A stretch of DNA of 64,000 nucleotides from Octopus sinensis (GCF_006345805.1 NC_043000.1:119288001-119352000), one strand, 5' to 3'. Positions 1-11,844 are shown, counted from the first letter of the stretch. Program-made: numbers and translations. Notes: generated by a model from the letters alone, not told the origin.

Positions 1-334
1 CATATTGTCTTCCAAGTGTAAGTAACTAGGTCACCACTCTTTTTTATCCTCACCGCCCCCTCCCCCACTATTTCCTCTGCTACTCTTTGAATTATAGTAG
101 ACTTGACAAGGTATGCATTGCTTTCTAAAATCATTCTGCCACAGATAGGAAAACAGAGACAATGTAAACATTTTGAGTTCCGTTATTGATGTGAATATGT
201 TAAAGCTGTGGTTTTATCCTCTATGTCTGAAGTATATGCGGTCATCTGAGGAGAACGGTTTCTTTCAAATGATGTAATGTTTTCGTTAATCATTTAAAGG
301 AGTCGTTTGAAACGGCCGTAACGAATTACTCATT

Positions 335-336
<2 letters not shown>

Positions 337-395
<59 letters not shown>
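337..395. repeat. (TA)n microsatellite
   Basis: Uninterrupted TA run directly upstream of a SINE head. Confidence 0.95.
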
Positions 396-398
<3 letters not shown>

Positions 399-815
399 CG
401 CAGGAGTGGCTGTGTGGTAAGTAGCTTGCTTACCAACCACATGGTTCCGTGTTCAGTCCCACTGCGTGGCATCTTGGCAAGTGTCTTCTGCTATAGCCCC
501 GGGCCGACCAAAGCCTTGTGAGTGGATTTGGTAGACGGAAACTGAAAGAAGCTTGTCGTATATATGTATATATATATATGTGTATGTGTGTGTGTGTGTG
601 TGTGTGTATGTCTGTGTGTCTATGTTTGTCCCCCTAGCATTGCTTGACAACCGGTGCTGGTGTGTTTACGTCCCCGTCACTTAGCGGTTCGGCAAAAGAG
701 ACCGATAGAATAAGTACTGGGCTTACAAAGAATAAGTCCTGGGGTCGATTTGCTCGACTAAAAGGCGGTGCTCCAGCATGGCCGCAGTCAAATGACTGAA
801 ATGACTGAAACAAGT
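396..815 (+). mobile_element. tRNA-derived SINE, family A, full-length, with internal (TA)/(TG) microsatellite
   Basis: A-box-like TGGCTGTGTGG and B-box-like GTTCAGTCCC, then a CORE-like CTTGGCAAGTGTCTTC. The same sequence recurs at 1170, 12149, 12615-12795(-), 27435-27905(-), 47556, 51268-51655(-), 57330 and 59095. Confidence 0.85.
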
Positions 816-831
816 AAATGAGTAAATGAGA

Positions 832-859
832 TATATATATATATATGTGTGTGTGTATG

Positions 860-900
<41 letters not shown>

Positions 901-901
901 T

Positions 902-983
<82 letters not shown>

Positions 984-985
984 GC
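832..985. repeat. (TA)n-rich microsatellite
   Basis: Interrupted TA run. Confidence 0.9.
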
Positions 986-1289
986 GAATATAAACAAGAA
1001 GGGTAGTAATATTATTTACTACCAGGTGCCCAGCACAAAAGACGAATTAGTCATAAGACAAAAATATTATTCATATAGAAAAATATTATTCATGTAGTTA
1101 TACAATTAAGGGCTCCTAAATTAAGATGCCGAGTGCTGGGAACACCTATATATATTATATAGGTTATATAGGCGCAGGCGTGGCTGTGTAGTAGGAAGCT
1201 TGCGTCCCAACCACATGGTTCCGGGTTCAGTGCCACTAAAGGTGAAAATATCTGCTGGTTCTGACGTGTCTTTCTGACGTCATGGCAGT

Positions 1290-2330
1290 TCTTCCTTCTA
1301 AAGCAACATCTATCAGAATTAAAGATTCCGAGGTACTTATAGCTTCATCGTTGGAGATAGGGGGAGATAGACAAGCCGTTGATGCACATATTCTATGCCT
1401 AGTCGACAATCTTTCCTCCCTTGATTATCATGTATAAGCATTTATTTTGTCCAAACTCCATTCCTATACTTCATGAGAATGTTGTGACTAGTTCTAAGTG
1501 TCCCTTGATGTTGGTCATATTACCAGAATATAACTTTAGTTCATCAACAAAAATGTGTGGGTAACATTAACTTTATTCTTTTCTGCATATCCCCAGCATG
1601 TAACCTTGGCATCTTGCTAACAGGGCCGCCAAGGGATTCACTGCCAGTACAAACAGCATTATAGATAAACTCTTATCCTGGAATATGCCTGTTAAAAGCT
1701 TTAATTCTTATTTCTTTACTGCCCACGAGAGGCTACACACAGAGGGGACAAACAAGGACAGACAAACGGATTACGTCGATAACATAACCCCAATGCGTAA
1801 CTGGTACTTAATTTATCGACCCCGAAAGGATGAAAGGCAAAGTCGACCTCCACGGAATTTGAACTCAGAACGTAACGGCAGACGAAATACCAATTTCTTT
1901 ATTACCCACAAGGGGTTAAACACAGTGGAGACAAACAAGGATAGACAAACGAATTAAGTCGATTACATCGACCCCAGTACGTAACTGGTACTTAATTTAT
2001 CGACCCCGAAAGGATGAAAGGCAAAGTCGGCCTCGGCGAAATTTGAACTCAGAACGTAACGGCAGACGAAATACCTCTAAGCATTTCGCCCGGCGTGCTA
2101 ACGTTTCTGCCAGCTCGCCGCCTTATCGTTAGCTAATAGCTTTAATTCTGTCTAATAGTTTTAATTCTGTTTGTAACGACAGATGTTGCTTTAGAAGTTG
2201 TTAGACTTTACTGTATGGAACATGTTGAGGTCAGTCTTTGAATGGTATTCACTATAGCAGCTGGTACTTTGGCAAGGTGTAGACATTTTATTACCCATGA
2301 GTGGAGCACATCTTGTAGTCTATCCGTGGG
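1290..2330 (-). pseudogene. Degraded R4/Dong-clade reverse transcriptase relic, interrupted by a SINE dimer
   Basis: Manual minus-strand translation gives GIFQDKSLSIMLFV, FVDELKLY, IGMEFGQNKC and YKYLGI with stops. These resemble GIFQGDSLSPLIF and IGMEFGLEKC of the element at 4335-8375. The RT continues at 2140-2330 (SWVIKCL). Confidence 0.7.
1709..2122 (-). mobile_element. tRNA-derived SINE, family B, tandem dimer
   Basis: Two copies of the GAGGTCGACTTTGCCTTTCATCCTTTCGGGGTCGATAAATTAAGTACCAG body. Flanked by direct repeat AGCTTTAATTCT (1697-1708 and 2138-2149), a probable TSD. Confidence 0.85.
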
Positions 2331-2685
2331 GCACAAAGTCGAATGCCTCCTTGTAGTTTAGCCTCTGTATGTATGTATGTATGTATGTATGTATGTATGT
2401 ATGTATGTATGTATGTATGTATGTATCTTTCTTCTATTTTTTAATTATTATAAATCTTCCCCTGAGGAGGGAGCTGGTTCCCAACAAAGATACAAGGCTC
2501 CATCTTTGGGATGTAGTTAACACAGACAAATTCACATTTGGAACTGGAGAAGAGTCTTGCATATTTTTACTGTTCCACCCACAGATTAGACTTGTAATGT
2601 ACGAATCGGCCGGACAATTTCTCTTTCTGAAAATATCAGTTTATCCAGATTCTCCTTTAAGCATTTACTAAGCATTTACTAATTA

Positions 2686-3040
2686 TTATTGGTATGAATA
2701 TAATTCATAGTCTAGATGTAGAAGCTGGAGGTTTCGAAGCAGTTGTCCATATAAATCTTCTTTTTCTTTCATTTTCAAAGAGATATTTATATCTGCCAGG
2801 CAGCTAATCTCTATGATGGTACATACCTTTATCTCTCTGTCCCAAACAACAATATCCGGCCTGTTATGCTTACATTTGACAGAAGTTTTGATGGGAATAT
2901 TCCACCAGTATTCCTTGAGTTGGTGTTTATGAATGTATTCCATAACTGGGATTTTTTAAGTTTATTTCAGGACAGTCTTTGTTTGCAGATGGTATAGTAA
3001 ACATCGTAAATTATTTTAGCAACAACATCGTACCGCATTG
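2686..3040 (-). pseudogene. R4/Dong-type restriction-like endonuclease (RLE) domain fragment
   Basis: RYDVVAKIIY followed by WWNIPIKT..KHNRPDIVVWD..IIEISC..D..KMKEK, matching the RHD and PD-(D/E)xK motifs of RLE non-LTR elements. Confidence 0.8.
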
Positions 3041-3414
3041 GGAGGTACTGGGGGCGGGGCTTTGCCGACTCGGTATAAATTCTACTGGCACGGAGGTATC
3101 ATCATGGGGAGAGAGAACACTTGTCATTGAAGCCCGGGTGGCCGTGATTTTCCGGGGTTTCTACGAGCATTTTTCTTAGGTTTCCACCTTTATGGAGAAT
3201 TACTATTTGTTTTGAATATCTTGTTTGTTCTTGTTTTGTTTTTCTGTGGTATCGAGCAGAATATTTGCTGTGGCCCATCTTTTACACCGAGACAAAACAT
3301 ATACATTATTTACATTTTACAGTTCTGTTTTTAAGAAGAGGAATTATGTACCTTATTTACATTATTTACATTATTTACATTTGACGGATATTTGTCCTCA
3401 TTTTGTTTGTTGTT

Positions 3415-3460
3415 AACACAACGTTTCGGCTGATATACCCTCCAGCCTTTTTTAGGTGTC
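3415..3460 (-). ncRNA. Degenerate minimal hammerhead ribozyme motif
   Basis: Minus strand GACAC-CTAAAAA-A-GGCTG..CAGCC-GAAACGTT-GTGTT. Stems and GAAACGTT are intact, CUGAUGA is mutated. Confidence 0.6.
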
Positions 3461-3508
3461 TTGGGGAAGTTTCGAACCTGGCTTCTCATTCCTAAGGTAT
3501 TTTTTCGA

Positions 3509-3552
<44 letters not shown>

Positions 3553-3719
3553 TATTATTATCATTATTATTATTATTATTCAGGTCACTGCCTGGAATCG
3601 AACTCGGAATCTTGGAGTTAGTAGCCGGCGCTCTTAAGCAAGACGCCATATGCCCGTGGCGTTGTTAAGAGCGCCGGCTACTAACCCCAAGATTCCGAGT
3701 TCGAGTCTAGGCAGTGACT

Positions 3720-3804
<85 letters not shown>

Positions 3805-3871
3805 CAACAACTACAACAACAACATCGAAAAATACCTTAGGAATGAGAACCCAGGTTCGACATTTCCCCAA

Positions 3872-3917
3872 GACACCTGATGAAGGCTGGAAGGTATATC
3901 AGTTGAAATGTTGTGTT
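3872..3917 (+). ncRNA. Minimal type I hammerhead ribozyme motif (PLE type)
   Basis: GACAC-CTGATGA-A-GGCTG(10 nt loop)CAGTT-GAAA-TGTT-GTGTT. Stem I GACAC/GTGTT, stem II GGCTG/CAGTT. Confidence 0.7.
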
Positions 3918-4074
3918 AACAACAAACAAGATGAGGACAAATATCTGTCTAATGTAAATAATGTAAATAATGTAAATAAGGTACATAATTCCTCTTCTTA
4001 AAAACAGAACTGTAAAACATGCACATGATAACATTTCCAATCAGTTAAGATCAGAAGCCATAGGAGCCAGTGCC

Positions 4075-4272
4075 TGGTACAGCCGTTAGCACACTGGGCG
4101 AAATGCTTAGCAGTATTTCGTCCGTCTCTACATTCTGAGTTCAAATTCAGCCGAGATCAACGTCGCCTTTCACCTTTTCAGAGTCGATAAATTAAGTACC
4201 AGTTAAGTACTGGGGTTGATGTAATCGACTTGCCCCTCCCCAAAATTGCTGGCCTTGTGCCAAAATTTGAAA
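4075..4272 (+). mobile_element. SINE family B variant (short 3' end)
   Basis: GTTAGCAC..GCGAAATGCTTAG head and GTCGATAAATTAAGTACCAG body, ending at an (ATC)/(ATT)n tract. Confidence 0.75.
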
Positions 4273-4284
4273 TCATCATCATCA

Positions 4285-4333
<49 letters not shown>

Positions 4334-4334
4334 G

Positions 4335-7300
4335 TTTTTTCCTTCTTTATTCAAATTTTCTTCCGTTTCTCGCTGAGTGTTTTCCATACACCTAGGGCTA
4401 TCATTATTATTATTACTTTTTTTTTCTTCTTTCAAATTTGCTTCCATTTCTTGCCGAGTATCTTCCCGACTCCTAGGGCAAAGAAACTCATAGTATACAT
4501 TGGTAGGCCATTAAACCAAACTCAATAGTTCGTTCTTTTTTTTTTTTTTTAAGTGAAATTAAAATACATGAGCAGCAACAGTTCTCACATCGACAATGCT
4601 CTTCTCAATACGTATGATGTACCAGTTAAGACAATCTTTTGCACTTCTTGCAGGGATGGTAAGCCAGGGATCATTCTCATATAATTTTCGGTTCCCTTCT
4701 TGATCATTCCTAGTGCTCCTACGATCACTGGTATTGTAACCGCCTTGAGATGCCACATTTCTCAATTTCAATGAGTAGGTCTTTATATTTTCTGAGCTTG
4801 TCAAACTCTTTCGCTGAAATATTATGATCACAGGGGATGCTCATGTCGATCAATAAGCAAACTTTATTGTTTTGGTCTTTCACAACAATATCTGGTTTAT
4901 TGGCCTTGATGGTTCGGTCAGTATGTACTGGAAAGTCCCATAGAATGGTTACATTTTCTCCTTCAGTTACAGCCTCAGGGTGGTGATTATACCACTTGTC
5001 GGCAGTTTTGATATTGTAATGCCGACTTATTAGCCAGTGTAGATATTGGCCAACTCTGCCATGTCTTAATTTATACTCCACTGGTGCTAAGACTTTACAT
5101 CCAGAGATTAGGTGGTCCACTGTTTCAATCATGTCGTTGCAGAATCGGCATTTTGGGTCTGCTCCATTTTTCATCACATTGGCCTGGTAGTTCCGGGTTA
5201 ATAGGCTTTGATCTTGAGCAGCCAGGATGAAACCTTCGCTCTCTGCTTTTAGCCCTGAGCTCCGTAGCCACTGATGGGTTTGCTTCTGGTCAACATCAGC
5301 TTGTTTGCTGCGGGTCACATATTTGCCGTGCAGAGGTTTCTCCTTCCACCTATCAGCCAATTGCTCGTGCGCTTTTTTTGTTGCCATCATTTTCACCTTC
5401 TTTGCAACAATAGTTGCCGTACTTCCCTCGGGTTGTTCAGTTTGGGTATCCTGCACGAGATCAATAGCAAATTTTTTGCTTTCCTTTATGATAGAATGAA
5501 GCTTCTTTCGTCTCTCGTGATTTTCCACGAGCTTTAGCATCCAGTCATTCGATATTTCGAGATATTTGGCCAGTCCAATTGTGGTTGTTTTGTAAGCTAG
5601 TTCAAATTGGATCAGGCCTCGACCTCCTTGGGCTCTGGGAAGGTAAAGACGATCTACGTCTGCCTTTGGGTGGTGCATCCTATTACAACTCAGCAGCTTG
5701 CGTATTTTCCTATCTATATTCTTTACTTCACTCATATTCCAGTTCAACACATTGTAGCTATAAGTAACAACTGGAACTGCTAAGGAATTTATAGCTAACA
5801 CCTTGTTACGTGCATTTAGTTCAGATTTCAGGACTGCACGAACTCTCCTATAACATTCCTTCCTGATCTTCTCTTTCATGCTTGCATGCTGAATACCAGA
5901 GCCTTCATTTATCCCTAAATATTTGTGTTTGTTCTTGCTCAAGCTCTCTTATGACTGTGTCAACATCTAACACGACTGAATTTGTGGTCTTCACTTTCCC
6001 TTTCTGGAAAGTGGCCTTGGCACACTTCTCAAGTCCAAACTCCATCCCGATGTCATCGCTGAATGCTTTCACGGTGCGCAATAGGCCTTCAAGTTCATTA
6101 TTGTCTTTACCATAAAGTTTTAAGTCATCCATATAAAATAGATGGCTTATTTTTTATATTGCAATTTTATACCCATACCCTGTTCTGTTTAATTCACTTG
6201 TAAGGGGTATTAGGGCTATGCAGAATATTAAAGGTGAAAGTGAGTCACCTTGAAAAATTCCACAGTTGATGTTTATATTTTCTGAGGCAAGTACTCCATT
6301 AGAGTGGTATAATTGGAGATTCGTATTCCACAACGACATATTGTGCTTCAGGAAGTTTGAAATCACAGGGGAAATTTTGAAGATGTCCAGCGATCTCAAG
6401 ATCCATGGATGCGGTATACTGCCGAAGGCCTTTTTATAGTCAATCCATGCGGTGCTGAGATTTCTGCGCTTGTTGTGACAGTTCTCAAGGATCATACGAT
6501 TGATTAGCAGTTGATCTTTGCATCCGTAAGAGCCTCTCGCGGCACCCTTTTTGTTTAATGGGGAAAATATCGTTCTTCTCCATGAATGCATATGTTTTCT
6601 CCGCCAGGATAGATGTTAGAATTTTATACGTGGTGGATAGACAGGTTATAGGCCGATAGTTTTTTGGAAGGTTGGTTTCGTTATTCTTTGGGAGTAGGTA
6701 AGTAATACCACTTGCTAACCATTCAGGTGTTTTCTTTGGGTCTCTCATAATTCCATTGAGCAGCTGAACTAGCTTACCGTGTGCGCATGGGAGCGATGCG
6801 AGCCAGAAATTCGGCACCCTATCTTTACCGGGGGATTCCAATTATGGGCCTTCGTGAGTGCCTTTCTTAGGTCTGCTATCGTGATGTTTTCCCATACTTG
6901 TTGTAAATTTTGGTAGGATCCTTCAGTTTGTATAATCCAGTCTGCATTTATGTTGTACGTCTTCTTGTCACTCCAAATCCTTTTCCAAAAGTTTTGAACT
7001 TCTTCCATGGGAGGGGGGTCTTTAACGGTTACTTTCTCCTTCCCTATTTCTCTGTAGAATTTTTTGGCATTGGATGTGAACAGTTTATTTTGCTTGTAAA
7101 ACTTGTTTCTCTTCTCAAATCTTCGTATTCTTTGGGCTTTTGCTTGGACTTTTTGTTTCAGCGTTTCTTTTATTGATATCAGTTCTTCTCTTGGTGAGGA
7201 TCCAAATTTTCTCTTCATCTTTCTTCCTGTTCTGGATCTTACATCATTTCCACATATTAGTTCATTTAATATTGATATTTCCCCTCTCATAAATTCAATC

Positions 7301-8375
7301 TCTTTTTCAATTTTACTTCTCCAGGTTTGATTTCTTCCCAGGTTTTGATTCCTTTGTTTTTTCGGGGGCATACAGCTGGTTTCAATTGCCCTAGCAGAAG
7401 CGTAAATAATTTCATTTAACTCAGTAAAATCAGTTTTAATTCTCGTATTATTTCACTTGTTACATAGTTGCCAATTTGGATTTGTTTTTTTTTTGGTTTG
7501 TATTTGAGAGTTTATGAAGTGGTTCTCTATCATTCATACTTGTATGTCTTACAACTTCAAGCGTATTCAGGATTTTCTGCCTCATTTCTGCCATAGACTC
7601 TCTGTGTTCTTCAGCAAATGTGAGATCTTCAGTTACTGTTGTTTTTTCGTTTTCCTGGCTATCTTTAACAGGTACAATAGAATTTCTTGTATCTTCAGGC
7701 CTTTGCGTACTTTGGTCAGATGGCAGTCTTTCAATTAAGCCTCGTGGCGGGCTATACTGTTCATCTGATTCTTCATTTCCTTTGTGTCTTATATTTATGT
7801 CATTTTCCGTTGCGTGCTTGATCGCGCTTATTTCACTGTCTGTGAGTCTGTTATTTCTAAGGATATCTCTCCTCACATTTGCTAATTTGTTCTCGTCCAA
7901 ATAGGGCCTACTGTCTTGATTCCGTGTTCTCCATATACTGTAAGAGTTTGCGGTGTGTCTCTCTTGAGATGGCCTACCTAATGCATAGTAATAAGCGTAT
8001 ATTACTTCTTTATACTCTTCTCGGGTCCATTTGTTCCGCTTACATTTTTCTTTCTGTGGTGGTTGTGGTGGTGAACTTGGAGGGCTCGTGTTGGGGGATT
8101 TCCCGTTCAAGTGACCATCCATGTCCGTATTCGGAGAAGAGTTTGTGCCAGTTGATGACTTTTCGATCCCAGGCTGGCTCTTCCCTGGGGGACGCGCTTC
8201 CAGATTAACCATAGGACAAGCGATTTGGTATACTGATTTAGTTTTCCTTTTAGTTTCCAGAAACATTTTGGTGCTACGATAATGTTATCATTTTTTAGCT
8301 TTGATTGGCTCGTGGGGAGACGGCCATCATTGCCGTTACAATTATAATCGTACCATTATAGCAGCCGTAGTCGGC
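4335..8375 (-). mobile_element. Apparently full-length R4/Dong-clade non-LTR retrotransposon (Myb-like N-terminus, RT, CCHC, RLE), frameshifted
   Basis: Consecutive ORFs 8266-7460 (KWTREEY Myb-like), 7371-6769, 6841-6485 (NYRPITCL), 6591-6154 (IDYKKAF, GIFQGDSLSP), 6132-5905 (MDDLKLY) and 5942-4725 (CRFC..ETVDHLISGC, KPDIVV..D..KY). The true C-terminus (IVLTGTSYVLRRALSM*) ends near 4585. (TAA)n-type tracts lie at both ends. Confidence 0.92.
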
Positions 8376-8845
8376 TTATTATTGTTATTATCATCACTAT
8401 TATTATCACTATCATCATTATCACCACCATTACCATCATCATTATCATCATCACCATCACCATCACCACCATCATCATCAATGATATTGTTTTATGTGTA
8501 GTCACAGCAGTATCTTATTATTGTTATTTTTGTTTTTTTATCATTATCACCATCACAGTAGTGTCTGTCTGTCTCGTTGGCTGGCTTGGTGGTTGGCTGG
8601 CTGACTGTCTGTTTAACAATAGAGTTAACAATAGAGCCGAGGTGAGGTTTGTGTTGGTTGAACTCTTTGAGTGTGTGTGTGTGTGTAGATAGATAGATAG
8701 ATTATCAGCACTATTACTATCATTATTATCATCATCACCATCAGTGATATATATATATATTATATATATATATATTTTTAGGTGGGGTCCTATCGGTCAA
8801 AAAAGTTCAGATGTTTACTACTATTAGGCTTAAGAAAAATTAAGG

Positions 8846-9640
8846 AAGGGATGTTCTGTATTGTTTGTGAATAGAGAAGTTGTGTTCGGCCAGAGAGAAT
8901 CTTAGTATCATCATTTTTTTTTTCCATGTGCGTTTGTGTTATTGCAATAAAAAGTGTTTGTATATTTCGTGCAAGGTAATATTGTGGAGGTTGAAGTTGA
9001 CTTTTCTAGAGATGTTTGTATGTCCAATTAGAAGAACAGGTGTGTTTTTACAATAAAAAGTATATGTTTACATTTTTATTTGAATATTCAGGGAGGACGC
9101 AAAGAAAAGTCAGATTTTCATAGAAAGTTTTAGGGTTTTGTAAGTCCACAAAAAGAAAAGCGTGATGTTTTTAGAGAGAAGAAGAAAAAAAAGGATGTTT
9201 ACAGAGGCAATTGTGGGTATCAAAGTTTCTAAAGCTGGTCGAATGTATGATTGAAAACTGTAGATATGTAAATTTGTAAATTTTCTTAACTTATTTTGAA
9301 GGGCTGTTCTGTATTATTTGTGAATAGAGAAGCTGTTTTCGACCAGAGAGAATCTTAGCATCATTATTTTTTCCATGTGCGTTTGTGTTATTGCAATAAA
9401 AAGTATATGTTTACATTTATATTTGAATATTCTGGGAGGAAGCAAAGAAAAGTCAGATTTTCATAGAAAGTTTTAGGGTTTTGCAAGTCCACAAAAAGAA
9501 AAGCGTGATGTTTTTAGAGAGAAGAAAAAAAAGGGTGCTTACAGAGGCAGTTGTGGGTATTAAAGTTTTTAAAGCCGATCGGATGTATGTTTGAAAGCTG
9601 CAGATATGTAAATTTGTAAATTTCTTAGCCCACTTTGAAG
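8846..9640. repeat. Imperfect local tandem duplication (units start near 8846 and 9298)
   Basis: GAAGGG.TGTTCTGTATT..GTGAATAGAGAAG and GCAAAGAAAAGTCAGATTTTCATAGAAAG occur twice. The first unit has an extra segment of about 120 bp. Confidence 0.8.
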
Positions 9641-9805
9641 AGAATTTCAAATACTCACGAGGTATTGTAGATGTTCCAGTCTTTGAGAGTTATTTTTCCC
9701 CGTTGCTAAACTGGCCCATATTAGTGTTTCTATGGCTTTCGGCCACCGAATTGTCAGAGCAGTGAGGAACACGTCCAGCCGCTGTCAAGGCTGGCGCTCC
9801 TTATT

Positions 9806-9861
<56 letters not shown>

Positions 9862-9866
9862 TATTA

Positions 9867-9914
<48 letters not shown>

Positions 9915-10223
9915 GGACTGCGAGTTGGCTAAGTCTTTAGCACGCCGGACAAAATGCTTAACGGCATTTCGTCCGTTCTTTATCTTCTTTTTTTTACCTT
10001 CCGTGTTCAAACCCCACCGTGATGACTTTGCCCTTCATCTTTTCATCCTTTAGGGATCGATAAAATAAGTACCAGTCACGCAGTGGCGCCGATATAATCG
10101 CCTACCCACCTCCCACCAAAATTCCAGCTCTTGCGCCTATAGTAGAAAAAATCATCATCACCATCATCAGAAGCAGCAGCAGCAGTAGCAGCACCTGTAG
10201 TAGTAGTAGTAGTAGTAGTAGTA

Positions 10224-10270
<47 letters not shown>

Positions 10271-10480
10271 AAAGCGGCCATCTGTCAAAATCGGTAGCAC
10301 AGTGGACAAAACAGAATTTCGCCCGTTTTTTACGTTCTCGGTTCAAATTCCATCGAGTCGACTTCGCCTTTCTTCCTTTCAGGGGTCGATTAAAATAAGC
10401 ACTAGTTGAGCACAAGGGTTGATCTATTCGATTCATCTGTCCTTCAAAATTTCTGGCCTTGTGCATATAGTACAAAGAAT
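9915..10480 (+). mobile_element. Two diverged SINE family B copies separated by (CAT)/(CAG)/(TAG)n microsatellites
   Basis: TTAGCACGCCGGACAAAATGCTT head and GTCGACTTCGCCTTT..GGGGTCGATTAAAATAAG body. Confidence 0.65.
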
Positions 10481-10486
10481 TTATTA

Positions 10487-11563
10487 CAGTGATCCCTCGC
10501 TACTTCGCGGTTCAACTATCGCGGATTCACGACTTCGCGGATTTTTAAAATATATCAAAAAAATATGAGAAACGGAAGAAGTTGTCAACCGAACTGGCTT
10601 GACTTTGGAACGGCTGGCCAAGATCTGCAACCTGGCTAAAGAATTGAAAGAGGGGTCACAGGAATGGGACGACGATATGGTTTGTTCTGTGCAATTTTGC
10701 AACAAGGTCGACGACGCCATGAATCCCTACAAGATGCTCTTTGAACAATGTTTTTGCAGCCTCGTAAAAAAGAGCCAGGTCCTGCTGCTGCTACTACGGT
10801 TGTACCTTCGGAAGAAGTGGAAGAGGTGTCCCAGGAAAGGGCACCGCCGTCAGCTTCATCATCATCATTCAAATTTTACTTCAACTTCTTTCGTGTTGAG
10901 TACAGTAACAATCTGTATTTTTTTTAATCTAAAGTGTTATTGCTTAACAGTTGTCCTTGTTATTAATAGACTACTGGGATCTTTTCGGTTTGAACGGCAG
11001 TTTTTTCTAGCGGTGTCATATGAAATTGTCACCCATAATTATGACCCTAGTATCGATCTATTGCATTTCAATCTGTTTTAGGGTTAGGGTTAAGGTTAGG
11101 GTTAGGGGTGGGGGGAAGGGTATCTTTTTTTCTTCACAAATGTAAGTAAACCCAATCTGTTTCTTAAATAAGGGACATTCAAACGGCACAGAATTTTTTT
11201 AACTCAATAGACGTCATTGATTGGTTGAAATTGCAGAAATTGAAGAAAAAACAACAACAAATATCTTACAAACTATGGAATTTTCTCAATAAAGCCAAGA
11301 GAAAAAGATGTTTTATAAGCACATTCTACCAGTATACAAAGTTTAAAATCTTTGAGTTACCTAGAAATTGTGTTAAAAACTGCCGTTCAAACCGAAAAGA
11401 TTTGACTACTGTAATGGGTGGGTTGTTAACAGTACAGGGAGTGTTTTAAAAATCCAAATACACGTTAAATAAATACTGTAAATATGGTGTCCCTACTTCA
11501 CAGAAATTCAGTTATCGCGGCCGGTCTCGGAAACAATGTACCGCGATAAACGAGGGATCACTG
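10487..11563 (+). mobile_element. pogo/Tigger-like (Tc1/mariner superfamily) internally deleted DNA transposon
   Basis: TIR CAGTGATCCCTCG..CGCGG / CCGCG..CGAGGGATCACTG with TA on both sides. The internal relic TLERLAKICNLAKEL..WDDDM..QF.NKVDDAM.PYK resembles Tigger transposase C-termini. Confidence 0.8.
10972..11410 (+). mobile_element. MITE nested in the Tigger-like element, carrying TTAGGG-like repeats
   Basis: TIR GATCTTTTCGGTTTGAACGGCAG / CTGCCGTTCAAACCGAAAAGAT. A second, partial copy lies in opposite orientation at 21190-21489. Confidence 0.8.
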
Positions 11564-11844
11564 TATTAATATCGGGCCTATTCACATTCATACATCATTT
11601 CTTAATAAATTGGATCAGAAGAGAGTTACTTCCCTTTAGCCAAATTCGAAAAGCTAAACAGGAGTGGTTAAATTTACGTTATATAATAACATAAAACCTA
11701 ATTATAAATTCCTTATAAGGGTTCATATTGTTATTGATGCTCATTATTATAGGGACGTTACCACTTGAAGGAGTGTGTTTGTGTAAATGTGATATGGTTA
11801 ATTCACTTCGATTGATGTCATGTTCAGCTGAGTGAAGACAGTAC

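Larger units (their letters stand above)
3315..4017. mobile_element. Palindromic head-to-head dimer of a tRNA-head/(AAT)n/hammerhead element
   Basis: 3315-3654 is the reverse complement of 3652-4017. Each arm has a tRNA-like head (CTACTAA loop, GAGTTCGA B box), an (AAT)n tract and a hammerhead-core tail. Confidence 0.85.

Noticed and set aside
788-1097. ORFs such as YIYIYI, MYVCMYV, HTHTHT, IIIII, LSLSLS and ERERER here and throughout the track
   Set aside because: They are translations of microsatellites, with no splice or homology support.
3581-3720. Real tRNA genes (also the SINE heads at 15548, 30362, 57617 and 59700)
   Set aside because: The acceptor stems are incomplete and each head runs into a repeat body; they are SINE heads.
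5274-8208. Plus-strand ORFs overlapping the Dong element, and similar antisense ORFs over other LINEs
   Set aside because: They are shadows of the coding strand with no recognisable motifs.
11078-11106. True telomere or fusion scar
   Set aside because: There are only about five imperfect units, and they lie inside a MITE.
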